Shown here: piece after piece, positions 26,686 through 34,936 of the stretch
How the letters are laid out: the number at the start of each line of letters is the position of its first letter
Position numbering within the stretch: position 1 is the first letter of the stretch
From: a virus
Lineage: Duplodnaviria; Heunggongvirae; Uroviricota; Caudoviricetes
Reading direction: 5' to 3' (one strand)
IMG/VR virus record: IMGVR_UViG_3300042331_000303
Length of the DNA stretch: 64,000 bases
Translations under genes and position numbers: made by a program
Notes under the pieces: model-generated
What the model was told of the DNA's origin: nothing
Database searches by the model: none
What the model saw: only the letters and a program-made list of their open reading frames with translations

Positions 26686-27491
26686 TGGCAGGTCTCGGCG
26701 GCGGCTTTGCGCCTGTAGAAGAGCCCGACTTCGTCGCGGCCTTGTTCGGGAAGGTCAGCGGCAAGGAGGCTCGCTCCATTCTCGTACAGGGCCGGCGCGA
26801 CATGGGCTGGTCGAGCACGTCTGCCTACGGGGATGTCGCCAACTACCTCGACACGTCTCAGCCTCGCATCAACGACGTAGTCCTCGGGACCACGTACTAC
26901 CTGCGGAGTTCGAGCGCGAGTGACGCTGCCGCGGGGACAGGAGCACGGACCGTCCGTATCTACTATCTGGACGGGTCCGGTGTCTTGCAGGCGATGACAG
27001 CGACGCTGAACGGGACGACCGGCGTCTCGCTCGGGAATGCGATCAGCTACATAGAGGCGGCAGAGGTCGCGAGCGTTGGATCGACAGAGGCTGCGGTCGG
27101 GAACATTACGATCTCCAGCGTGGCTGGCGCTCCGACGACGGCGCAGACGGTCGAGTTCATCCCGGCGAACGAGACGCAGAGCCGCTCTGCTCGTTACAAG
27201 ATCCCCACTGGGTTTGACGGGTACCTTCACACCTGGGCCGTATCTGCGATCGGACAATCACAGGACATGGTACTGCGGGCGAAGGTGTTCACCGGTGACC
27301 GCACGCCTTCCACTGTGTTCCATGCACAGGATGCCACCTTCCTGCCGGGAAACACATCCGGAGGAGAACTCACGCTGCACTGGGTGAAGTGCCCCGAGGG
27401 GACTGAGATCAAAGTCAGCTCCATCCCAGGCGCGGCGGGTGCGGGGAATCGGGCAGATGTGACGGTTCATCTGCTGCTCGTTGAACGGTGA
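26682..27491 (+). CDS. Beta-rich phage structural-like protein
   Basis: SSSASDAAAGTGARTVRIYYLD...ATLNGTTGV; Thr/Ser/Gly rich. Confidence 0.6.
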   Translation: MMAGLGGGFAPVEEPDFVAALFGKVSGKEARSILVQGRRDMGWSSTSAYGDVANYLDTSQPRINDVVLGTTYYLRSSSASDAAAGTGARTVRIYYLDGSGVLQAMTATLNGTTGVSLGNAISYIEAAEVASVGSTEAAVGNITISSVAGAPTTAQTVEFIPANETQSRSARYKIPTGFDGYLHTWAVSAIGQSQDMVLRAKVFTGDRTPSTVFHAQDATFLPGNTSGGELTLHWVKCPEGTEIKVSSIPGAAGAGNRADVTVHLLLVER

Positions 27492-27492
27492 G

Positions 27493-27580
27493 TGGCGGAA
27501 GCCGGAGGTCCTGATCCCCACACCCGGAGGTGCCTGCCGCTTTCGAGGCGGTGCCGGCGCGCTTGTCCGGTTCAGCTTCC
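27493..27580 (-). tRNA. tRNA-Ser(CGA)
   Basis: Loop CT-CGA-AA, long variable arm, atypical T-loop ATCAGGA. Confidence 0.7.
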
Positions 27581-27584
27581 AAGT

Positions 27585-27657
27585 TGGTGGTCCTGCCCGG
27601 TTCGACGCGGGACATCCGGGGTTTCAAGCCGGTGCTCTTCACTTGAGCTACAGGACC
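27585..27657 (-). tRNA. tRNA-Phe(GAA)
   Basis: Loop TT-GAA-AC, atypical T arm. Confidence 0.7.
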
Positions 27658-27658
27658 G

Positions 27659-27744
27659 TGGAGGATCGCCCCGGAGTTGAACCGGGCTGGGTGTTACCCC
27701 GCACCTGCATAGCAAGCAGGCTCTGCACCTCGCAGTCGCGATCC
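27659..27744 (-). tRNA. tRNA-Ser(GCT)
   Basis: Loop TT-GCT-AT, long variable arm. Confidence 0.78.
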
Positions 27745-27748
27745 GAAG

Positions 27749-27824
27749 TGGCACACGGGGTGGGGGTCGAACCCACAGCCGGCGGGTTTGGAATCCGCTG
27801 CTCGACCAGTTGAGCTTCCCGTGT
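27749..27824 (-). tRNA. tRNA-Trp(CCA)
   Basis: Loop TT-CCA-AA. Confidence 0.88.
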
Positions 27825-27830
27825 ACGTAG

Positions 27831-27919
27831 TGGTGCGATCGGAGGGGCTTGAACCCTCACGGCCCTTGCGAGCCCTCTGGTCCTCAACCAGAGCTGTATG
27901 CCAGTTCCAGCACGATCGC
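27831..27919 (-). tRNA. tRNA-Leu(GAG)
   Basis: Loop TT-GAG-GA, long variable arm. Confidence 0.88.
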
Positions 27920-27924
27920 ATGAG

Positions 27925-28013
27925 TGGTGCGCAAGGTGGGACTTGAACCCACAAGTGGGGCGAACCCCTCCGGCTTCTGAGACCGGCGCCTATTCCAGTT
28001 CGGCTACCTGCGC
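27925..28013 (-). tRNA. tRNA-Leu(CAG)
   Basis: Loop CT-CAG-AA, long variable arm. Confidence 0.88.
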
Positions 28014-28017
28014 GTAG

Positions 28018-28105
28018 TGGCGGATCGCCGGGGACTCGAACCCCGCAGGCCCGAGGGCCAACTCGCTTTCCAGACGAGCGCCCCCACCACGGGGGCTTGC
28101 GATCC
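28018..28105 (-). tRNA. tRNA-Ser(GGA)
   Basis: Loop CT-GGA-AA, long variable arm, G73. Confidence 0.88.
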
Positions 28106-28129
28106 ATGCCCCCGCCGAGACGGGGGAGG

Positions 28130-28214
28130 TGGTGCCAAGAGCTGGACTCGAACCAGCAGGACTCTAAGGTGTCGGCTTTACAGGCCGGAGGGGCCGCCCT
28201 TCCCCATTCTTGGC
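28130..28214 (-). tRNA. tRNA-Tyr(GTA)
   Basis: Loop CT-GTA-AA, long variable arm. Confidence 0.82.
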
Positions 28215-28221
28215 GTTGAAG

Positions 28222-28299
28222 TGGTGCGATCGGCAGGAGTTGAACCTGCAAGCCCGGAGGTTTGAGCCCCAGAGGTATACCCATTCCCTTCACGATCGC
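28222..28299 (-). tRNA. tRNA-Leu(CAA), short variable region
   Basis: Loop CT-CAA-AC; acceptor stem identical to the Leu(GAG) gene. Confidence 0.7.
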
Positions 28300-28306
28300 A
28301 TGGAGG

Positions 28307-28369
28307 TTGTCGAAGAACGAGTGCCAGAAACGGCGAGAGGCCCGCGGGGGTTTCCCGTGGGCCTCTCGG
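28307..28369 (-). promoter_or_regulatory. boxB-like GAAA hairpin plus boxA-like element, leader of tRNA array 2
   Basis: CCGAGAGGCCCACGG-GAAA-...GGGCCTCTCG then GTTCTTCGACAA. Confidence 0.5.
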
Positions 28370-28489
28370 AGTTTCCTTGGTGGAGGAGAACTACTCGTCG
28401 AGACCCACAACGCCCGAAAGCAGGAACAGCGAATAGCTGGACCAGCTCAAGGAGGCGGTAAAGGACGACGAAAGGAACATCACGAATCA

Positions 28490-28518
28490 ACCCTATGCAC
28501 TCCAACCCCGACCGTCAA
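28490..28518 (-). promoter_or_regulatory. Promoter of tRNA array 2
   Basis: TTGACG-N17-TAGGGT with T-rich UP-like tract. Confidence 0.65.
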
Positions 28519-28551
28519 GCCGAAACAGAAAGAAAGTTGAAGGACCGCCGG

Positions 28552-28580
28552 TTGACAATCTCGCGGGGGGTGGATACTCC
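28552..28580 (+). promoter_or_regulatory. Promoter of lysis genes
   Basis: TTGACA-N17-TACTCC, ATG 7 nt later. Confidence 0.55.
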
Positions 28581-28587
28581 CCTGTGC

Positions 28588-28806
28588 ATGAAGATCGGAA
28601 CCGTTACCATCCCCCTCTTCGCGGTCATGGCCGCGCTCCCCCGTGCCATCCGTGCCGCCGCGAAGGCTGCCGCAGATGACCGTGACGCCGACTCCCCCGG
28701 GGGTGAGAAGGTCCTCGCCAGCGAGGTCGCCGAAGTCGTCGCCGTGTTCATCGCCAAGCTCGGCGAGGAGATCCTGCCGGTGGTGATGCGGGCGAATGGC
28801 CACTGA
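28588..28806 (+). CDS. Small protein upstream of endolysin (possible holin-like)
   Basis: Position; hydrophobic N- and C-terminal segments. Confidence 0.45.
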   Translation: MKIGTVTIPLFAVMAALPRAIRAAAKAAADDRDADSPGGEKVLASEVAEVVAVFIAKLGEEILPVVMRANGH

Positions 28807-29350
28807 GTTCGACCACATCCAGCGGCTCCACCCGTGGTTGCGCTCTCGTGCTGAGGGTGTGATTGCGGCGTGGCGTGCGGGGGCTGCACCCGACGAGGTG
28901 CTCCGCGTTGTCGAGTCGGTACGTTCTACCGAGACGCAGCAGGAATACTACGCGCGCGGCGCCAGCGACAAGAACGGGGTCACCAAGTTCAGCCTGCACC
29001 AGTACAGCCCCGCGCTGGCGATGGACTGCATCCTTCTGCGTGCGGGCAAGGTCATCAAGTCCGTGACCGACCCAGCGTGGCAGCGCTACGGTCAGCTCGC
29101 CGAGGCCGAAGGACTGGAGTGGGGTGGTCGGTGGAAGCGCCGTGACGGTCCGCACATCCAGGTGCCGCTGGTCCAACGCATCCGCCTCCTACAGGAAGAG
29201 CTGCACCTCACCGTCGATGGCGTCTGGGGCCCGAAGAGCCGCGCTGCGCTGGCCGCCTTCGTGGCCAAGACCAAGACGCCCTCGCACACCAAGGACGCCT
29301 TCCCCGTCCATCCCCAGACGTGGGCGCTCCTCTGCGGCGGGCTCCTGTGA
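28796..29350 (+). CDS. Endolysin, peptidase M15 (L-Ala-D-Glu type) with C-terminal PG-binding-like segment
   Basis: SVRSTETQQEYYARG, SLHQY...AMD, LEWGGRW...DGPHIQ, VDGVWGPKS. Confidence 0.85.
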   Translation: MATEFDHIQRLHPWLRSRAEGVIAAWRAGAAPDEVLRVVESVRSTETQQEYYARGASDKNGVTKFSLHQYSPALAMDCILLRAGKVIKSVTDPAWQRYGQLAEAEGLEWGGRWKRRDGPHIQVPLVQRIRLLQEELHLTVDGVWGPKSRAALAAFVAKTKTPSHTKDAFPVHPQTWALLCGGLL

Positions 29351-29379
29351 GCGGGCGGGGCTTCCCCAGCTCGGTCGAG

Positions 29380-29847
29380 ATGCCGGATGCCCGGACGATC
29401 GAACGCTACCAGAAGCTCGCCCGCATGGCTGCTGTAGACAGCGGGGGCACGCCCAACGAGATGGCCTCCGCTCGTCGCGAGATGGAGAAGCTCGACTCGC
29501 AGTACCCCTCGCTCCGCTCCATCACGGCTGCGGGGAACGCAGCGGCCAGTGGCGCAGGGACGCCGAACAGCGACACCGTCTACGACTGGCTCCGCCGCGC
29601 CGACCAGTTCGTTCAGAACCTCCACGGGGCAGTCACCGCACGGACGCTCGCGCTCAAGTCCACCGAGATCACCGCACGGGTCCTCTCTGACGACCGGCTC
29701 CGGTTCTCGGTGACGCTCCCGGCCAACGTGCTGGAAGACCTCATCGAGATGCACGCCGCCGACCGCGCGCTGTTCGCCGCCGCCGTGGGCGAGATGCTCA
29801 CGAAGCACATCACCGATACGATCAGGAACATCGACGAGAATGGATGA
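29380..29847 (+). CDS. Hypothetical protein, DUF2786-like N-terminus
   Basis: KLARMA...GGTPNEMASARREMEKL. Confidence 0.55.
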   Translation: MPDARTIERYQKLARMAAVDSGGTPNEMASARREMEKLDSQYPSLRSITAAGNAAASGAGTPNSDTVYDWLRRADQFVQNLHGAVTARTLALKSTEITARVLSDDRLRFSVTLPANVLEDLIEMHAADRALFAAAVGEMLTKHITDTIRNIDENG

Positions 29848-30091
29848 TCCGTACAAGCCCCGCTTCCGCATCCTGATCGAACCCATCTCTGGTGACGACT
29901 ACCGCTGCGCCATCCAGCCGCTCGTCGCGGGGGTGACGCACGCCGAAGTGGCCGCCGGCTTGGCGAAGGTGATGACCCACCTGCTGACCGCGCCCGAGGC
30001 CAACGTCCTGACCGTGCTTGCGACGGGCTCTGCGGCCCCTACGCCTCCAAAGAAGCGCCACCGGGGCCGCATCAAGCACCTGCCTCTCTGA
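29840..30091 (+). CDS. Small hypothetical protein
   Basis: Coupled ORF. Confidence 0.5.
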   Translation: MDDPYKPRFRILIEPISGDDYRCAIQPLVAGVTHAEVAAGLAKVMTHLLTAPEANVLTVLATGSAAPTPPKKRHRGRIKHLPL

Positions 30092-30094
30092 GGG

Positions 30095-30781
30095 CTACGA
30101 GATGTTCTGGAACTGCGACAGCTCGAAGAGCTGAACACGCAGGCTGCGGGCCGCCGCGCCGAGCGCCTTGATCCCGCCGTACACCACGCCCTGTGCCGTC
30201 TCGCGGAGCGCCGCAGAGAAGATGTAGATCGGAGCCCCGGAGTCCGTCTGGCCCGAGCGGATCGTACAGGTCACGATGAGGGAGATCGGATCAACGGCGA
30301 ACGTCACGAAGTACGCCGTGTTCACCGCGATGGTCACGCCCGTAGGCGTGAGCGCGTCGACGTTGTTGTTGCTCGTGAGCACCTGGAACGTCGGGCCGAC
30401 CGAGCTGTCGAACACGAGGCAGAACTTGTCGTTGTCGGTCGCGTCGTCGAACGCGGTCGGGGTCGCCCGCACACCGAGTTCGATGCGGCAGTTGGAGACC
30501 GAGGCGCCGGTGATGAACTCGAAGCGCACCACGGGCGATTCAGCCGGGTTGACAGTGACAGCCTGCCACGAGGTCTGGTTGGTGTCCAGATGCGGCCGCG
30601 CCACGATGGAGTCGTTGGCGAGCGCCCCCGTCGTGAGCGCGCATCCGCTGCTCAGGTACGGGACTGAGCCGCCGTCCACCGCGTTGGTGCCGAGGATCTC
30701 GAAGTTGAGATTCGCGGCCACGCCGATGCTGGCGTTGAGAAGGGGCGGCTGCCGGAAGAACTCACGAAGGTTGACGCGCAT
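30095..30781 (-). CDS. Beta-sandwich (lectin/jelly-roll-like) structural protein
   Basis: Strand patterns VVRFEF, RIELGV, FCLVFD, FQVLT, YFVTFAV. Confidence 0.55.
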   Translation of the reverse strand: MRVNLREFFRQPPLLNASIGVAANLNFEILGTNAVDGGSVPYLSSGCALTTGALANDSIVARPHLDTNQTSWQAVTVNPAESPVVRFEFITGASVSNCRIELGVRATPTAFDDATDNDKFCLVFDSSVGPTFQVLTSNNNVDALTPTGVTIAVNTAYFVTFAVDPISLIVTCTIRSGQTDSGAPIYIFSAALRETAQGVVYGGIKALGAAARSLRVQLFELSQFQNIS

Positions 30782-30790
30782 GGGGGACTC

Positions 30791-32278
30791 CTACCGGCGG
30801 GGGTTGGCAGTGAACAGGGACAGTGGGAAGGGGCGGTTCGCAGAGACGTCGATCTGCTTGGATGCACGGCGCACAGGGGCGCTGCCGAGCTGGTCGTCGA
30901 TCCAAGCACGCGCCTCGGCTGCCGTCTTGAACGGCTCCTTGTACGCTTCGACGATGTAGACGCCGCCGCAGCTCAGGACGCGGAGGCCGCGGTAGACCTG
31001 ACCACGCGGGCGGCCCTTTCCGTTGGTGCGAAGGGCGAGCGGGTTCCGGGTCGGCTTGGTCATCTCGCGCTTGACGTGGCGGCCGAGCCAAGCCTTCGCG
31101 GAGGCGAGCTTGGTGAACTCGCGGCCGTAGGGGCGCACCACGAACTTCGTGCCGACACGCTCGATCGCGTGACCTGCATGGATGAGCATCTCGCCCTCGC
31201 GGAGCACCTTGCCGGGGTTCCGGGTCGGCTTGGTCATCTCGCGCTTGACGTGGCGGCCGAGCCAAGCCTTCGCGGACGAGAGCTGGGAGAACTCGCGCCC
31301 GTAGGGCTGGACGACGAACTTCGAGCCGGACCGCTGGATCGAGTGTCCGGCGTGGATGAGCATCTCGCCCTCGCGGAGCACCTTGCCGGGGTTCCCCGTC
31401 GCCGAGCGACGGGGATTCTCGCGGAGGTCGCCCTGGTGCTCGCGGACCGGCTCGCCGTTGGCGAAGAGCGTGACGTCCTCACCGGCTGCACGCCCGCGAC
31501 CGCTCTTGCTCTGGCCGCGGTAGAGTGCGAAGACGGCGTCGGCCGCCTTGCGGTTGGAGCCGCGGTGGACCGTGCCGATGTTGCCGACGAGGACTTCGTA
31601 CAAGGCTGCGCGACCGGAGTTGCGTCGGAGTCCCGCGCTCTCGGCAGCGGCGCGGGTCTTGTAGCGGGTCACCTGCTGGATCGTCTGGCTGGCTGGCGAG
31701 TAGATCTGGAGGACGAAGCTCTTGCCGTGCGCGTAGACGTATCCGCGGTTGCCCGAGCGGGTAGCGAAGGACGAGACCTGCTCGGCATCGCCGTACTTCC
31801 GGACATCCGTCGACCAGAAGTCGGCTCGCGGGTTCTCCTTGTAGCGATCCTCCTGCCGGAGGTTGTCCTCGGAGGTGTGCTGGGCATGGCGGCGGAGCAG
31901 CGTGGTGCCCGCACCGGCGCCGCCGAGTCCGACGGTCGAGCCCATCGGCATCGGGACGCGCGTACGGTAGCTGTCCTGCCCCGGCTTGAGGTAGCTGTCC
32001 TTGGTGGCGTACTTCGCGCCGCGGGCGTCCGGGTTCCGGTCGAGCCACGCCAGCACTTCGCGCAGGGCGGAGCCCGCCGTCGCAGTCGTCGGCTGGATGC
32101 GGACGTGGGGCACGTAGCGGACCTCGATGGTGTCGCCCATCGGCTTGTAGCTGATGGCGATCTTCGACTGTGCCTTCCGTGCATGCTCGCCGATGTAGAC
32201 GCCGAGCGTGTTGCCGGCCTTGACGATCTCGCCGAAGCGGAACGGTTCGGGGTTCTTGCGGGTGCGACGCTTGGCCAT
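30791..32278 (-). CDS. Multi-module basic late protein with repeated RxN(P) linkers
   Basis: MAKRRTRKNP...; nine xxN(P/S/G) sites; internal 58-aa duplication. Confidence 0.7.
   Translation of the reverse strand: MAKRRTRKNPEPFRFGEIVKAGNTLGVYIGEHARKAQSKIAISYKPMGDTIEVRYVPHVRIQPTTATAGSALREVLAWLDRNPDARGAKYATKDSYLKPGQDSYRTRVPMPMGSTVGLGGAGAGTTLLRRHAQHTSEDNLRQEDRYKENPRADFWSTDVRKYGDAEQVSSFATRSGNRGYVYAHGKSFVLQIYSPASQTIQQVTRYKTRAAAESAGLRRNSGRAALYEVLVGNIGTVHRGSNRKAADAVFALYRGQSKSGRGRAAGEDVTLFANGEPVREHQGDLRENPRRSATGNPGKVLREGEMLIHAGHSIQRSGSKFVVQPYGREFSQLSSAKAWLGRHVKREMTKPTRNPGKVLREGEMLIHAGHAIERVGTKFVVRPYGREFTKLASAKAWLGRHVKREMTKPTRNPLALRTNGKGRPRGQVYRGLRVLSCGGVYIVEAYKEPFKTAAEARAWIDDQLGSAPVRRASKQIDVSANRPFPLSLFTANPRR
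31041..31394 (-). repeat. Tandem duplication, 174-bp period (two copies)
   Basis: NPGKVLREGEMLIHAGH...AKAWLGRHVKREMTKPTR twice; period 31041/31215/31389. Confidence 0.85.
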
Positions 32279-32280
32279 GA

Positions 32281-33054
32281 CTACTTCTCCTTGCGCAGGT
32301 AGGCGGTTGCCCGTGCCCGCATGCTGAACCACTTGTTCGTGCCGTTGATGTAGAAGCGGCCGTCCTTCTCGGTGATGCCGCCGATGCTCTTTGGAGCCTT
32401 GAGATGCAGTTCGAGCGAGAGCTGCTTCGCTTCCCGCTTGACCTGCGCCTCGATGGCCTTGCGCTCGCCCCGGGCGAGCTGGGCGGCGCGCTGGACGCGC
32501 TCTCCGATGCCCGTGTCAACCTGGCCGAGCGAAGCAGCGTAGGCGTACGCCTTCTCCTCGGAGCGGAACCGCTTGCCGCCAGGGCGGACCTCGTACATTC
32601 CTCCCGTGCGGGCGGGAGGAACAACGCGGTAACCCTTGGCCTTGCGGCCATCCGCGAGCATGAACTCGATGGCCTCGCGCCGGATGACGGCGTCGGGCTC
32701 CATCGCCTTCTTCTGCGCCTGAGCGAGCCCCTTCGAGGTGAGGGTCCGCGTTCCGGGCTCCAGGTAGCCGTGCTTCTGGAGCTGCTTCGTGGCGATCATA
32801 AACGCCGTGCGGAGCGGCATGTCCTTCCCCCGCTCCGCGGAGGACTCCATGATGCCGTGAGCCACGATGGTGACGTACTCACTCGCTGCGTCCTTCAGGC
32901 GGTCGCCTGTAGGGTTGGTGCGGAGCAGCGCCGTTGACCGTCGCTCGATGGGCCCTCGACCGAAGCGGAGGTCCACCATGCCTTGCGGGCGCAGGGCGAC
33001 CACGGTGCCGGAACGGCCCCCGAGGGTCACGCGCTGGCCCACCCGCACAGACAT
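32281..33054 (-). CDS. Late protein: SH3/KOW-like N-domain, LRTNP linker, further modules
   Basis: VRVGQRVTLGGRSGTVV; TGATG coupling. Confidence 0.6.
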   Translation of the reverse strand: MSVRVGQRVTLGGRSGTVVALRPQGMVDLRFGRGPIERRSTALLRTNPTGDRLKDAASEYVTIVAHGIMESSAERGKDMPLRTAFMIATKQLQKHGYLEPGTRTLTSKGLAQAQKKAMEPDAVIRREAIEFMLADGRKAKGYRVVPPARTGGMYEVRPGGKRFRSEEKAYAYAASLGQVDTGIGERVQRAAQLARGERKAIEAQVKREAKQLSLELHLKAPKSIGGITEKDGRFYINGTNKWFSMRARATAYLRKEK

Positions 33055-33602
33055 CAACGGCGGCCGTTACGCCGAGGGTTGGCGGAGATGCGCGCTTCGG
33101 ACCGGACGCCCGACTTGAAGACGACCGCGTACTTGTCGCCGAAGTAGATCGCCATGTAGTGCTTCAGCGCCTTGAGCGTGTCGAACCGGACAACTCCATC
33201 GGTAGAGGGGCGGCAGGCATAGCCGTCAGAGGTCTTCCAGTAGTAGACCGTCTTGGTCGGGGCGCGCTTGGCTCCGCGGTTCCAGCGGAGCGTGGCGCCG
33301 TCGTCACCGGCCTCGTCCATCTTGATGTAGTGCGCCGCCGCGCTCCAGGCGAGCTTGAAGCCCTCTCGGAACGCCTTGCCGGCCTCCGAGGTCGACTTCC
33401 ACCACGCGGCGGGGACAGACGCCTTGGCCTGCGTCAGCGTGCGGGCGTTCTTGTCGTAGAACGCCGACTTCGCCGCTTCGTACCCCTTGAGGTAGAAGAT
33501 GTTCATCGGGTGCGCGGTGTCCTTGTACGCGGCGCTCTTGACCTTGGAGCCCCCGTAGTTGGCGCGAAGGCGGCGGGTAGAGGTGCGATGGCTGGAACGC
33601 AA
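33054..33602 (-). CDS. Basic late protein
   Basis: TTG start with GGAG; LRANY and SANPRRNGRR. Confidence 0.55.
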   Translation of the reverse strand: MRSSHRTSTRRLRANYGGSKVKSAAYKDTAHPMNIFYLKGYEAAKSAFYDKNARTLTQAKASVPAAWWKSTSEAGKAFREGFKLAWSAAAHYIKMDEAGDDGATLRWNRGAKRAPTKTVYYWKTSDGYACRPSTDGVVRFDTLKALKHYMAIYFGDKYAVVFKSGVRSEARISANPRRNGRR

Positions 33603-33669
33603 GGGGACTCCGAGGATTGCTTGTGCCCACTCTACCGTGTGCTCACGGAGAAGCTACCCGAGCACCCAA

Positions 33670-33685
33670 GATCGAGTGCTATCTA
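33670..33685 (-). promoter_or_regulatory. TAGATAGCACTCGATC element
   Basis: TAGAGT 35 nt downstream. Confidence 0.72.
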
Positions 33686-34501
33686 TGCCTGCCGCTGCCG
33701 GTTCCGGGTTGCAAGATCTCGCATCTCGCGGAGCTGGCTGAGCGTGCCGTAGGTCGAGCCCCGAATCTCTGCGCGCTCCATCAGCTCGTCGGCGCGGAGG
33801 CGGAGCATGGACTTTGCCGGCGCGAGCGCCGTGATGTCCCAGTAGACCTCTTCGATCTGAACTTGGAGGCTGCGGTTCTTGCGGAGCTTCCCGCGGTACC
33901 CCTTGTGCGATCCCTTGCGCCCCTTCTTCCGCTTGGGGTTGGTCCGTGCGAGCGCGGTCGAGGACGCGGAGGGCCGCTTGAACTTCTTGTAGGCGTACAG
34001 GCCCAAGAGCGCGACGCCGCCGAGAGCGGCGCTCCACAGCCAGACCTTGACGCTGGACTCGACCCCCGTCTGAATGACGGAGGCTGCCGTGTACGTCGCA
34101 GGCAGATCGACGTGCAGGTGGTCCTGCTCCATGAGCGCCCGGCCGCCGGTGGACGTGACTGCCGCCACGAGCTGGTCCCGCTGGGCTTGGCTCAGGGTGT
34201 TGGTGTGGAGGTCGAGGGCACCGCCCCACAAGTGGCGCGAGAGGCGCATCCCCTCTCGCTCGATGAGAGAGGTCCACGCAGCCTTGTCTTGCGGCAGCGC
34301 GAGCAGCTTGGAGATCAACGCCTTGTCACCGTAGATGTCCAGCGCGGAAGCGCCGTACTTCTGGACCTTGTAGAGCATCGCCGACGCCTGTTCGGCAGCA
34401 GTGCGGCCAGCGCTGGTCACGCGCACAGGGAACCCCGACGGCAACGCCGACTGGAGCTTGCTGAAGTAGGCCGACTGGCCCGCGGTCATTGCCGTACCCA
34501 T
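33683..34501 (-). CDS. Membrane-anchored M15-like peptidase (candidate virion entry lysin)
   Basis: VTSAGRT, SRHLWGGALDL, DHLHVD; TM WLWSAALGGVALLGLYAY; RTNPKRKK. Confidence 0.7.
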   Translation of the reverse strand: MGTAMTAGQSAYFSKLQSALPSGFPVRVTSAGRTAAEQASAMLYKVQKYGASALDIYGDKALISKLLALPQDKAAWTSLIEREGMRLSRHLWGGALDLHTNTLSQAQRDQLVAAVTSTGGRALMEQDHLHVDLPATYTAASVIQTGVESSVKVWLWSAALGGVALLGLYAYKKFKRPSASSTALARTNPKRKKGRKGSHKGYRGKLRKNRSLQVQIEEVYWDITALAPAKSMLRLRADELMERAEIRGSTYGTLSQLREMRDLATRNRQRQA

Positions 34502-34516
34502 GCGGACGCCCCTCGC

Positions 34517-34936
34517 TTACTGCGAGCCGCCGTAGGCCAGCTCGACGGTCTCGGTCCCAACGCCTACGCCTGCGGCCATGATGATCTGCATGCGCACGGC
34601 CTTCGCCGGAAAGGTGAAGTTCAGAAGGAGCGGCTGGTTGAAGACCGCAGCGGTAGCCGCAGAGAGGTCCAGCCACTCGAACTCGACGACGGTACCGCCC
34701 GGCCCAGGGACACCGATGGAGGCGACCGCGAACTGCGGAATGACCGTCAGACCGTTGCCCGTCGCAGAGGCCGTCTTGCGGAGCCAGAAGCAAAGGAGCT
34801 TGAGATCGCCAACGATCACAGGTGGCGTCGTGTACGTCACGCCCTGATCCAGGCCCGAGAGCGTGAACCGAGTGACGGTCGACGCGGCGGACGACGTCGA
34901 GCTGCCAGTGGTATCGACACGGGACTGGCCAGCCAT
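34517..34936 (-). CDS. Small beta-rich structural-like protein
   Basis: LLCFWL, LTVIPQFAV, AVRMQI, VELAY strands. Confidence 0.6.
   Translation of the reverse strand: MAGQSRVDTTGSSTSSAASTVTRFTLSGLDQGVTYTTPPVIVGDLKLLCFWLRKTASATGNGLTVIPQFAVASIGVPGPGGTVVEFEWLDLSAATAAVFNQPLLLNFTFPAKAVRMQIIMAAGVGVGTETVELAYGGSQ

Noticed and set aside
28222-28299. tRNA with TCA anticodon (Sec or opal suppressor)
   Set aside because: The TCA register gives an unpaired stem; the CAA register pairs, and the acceptor and D arm are Leu-like. TGA is used as a normal stop throughout.
31200-31400. NPG motifs as 2A-like ribosomal skipping sites
   Set aside because: They read NPG-K, lack D(V/I)Ex and the final Pro, and 2A skipping is not known on bacterial ribosomes.
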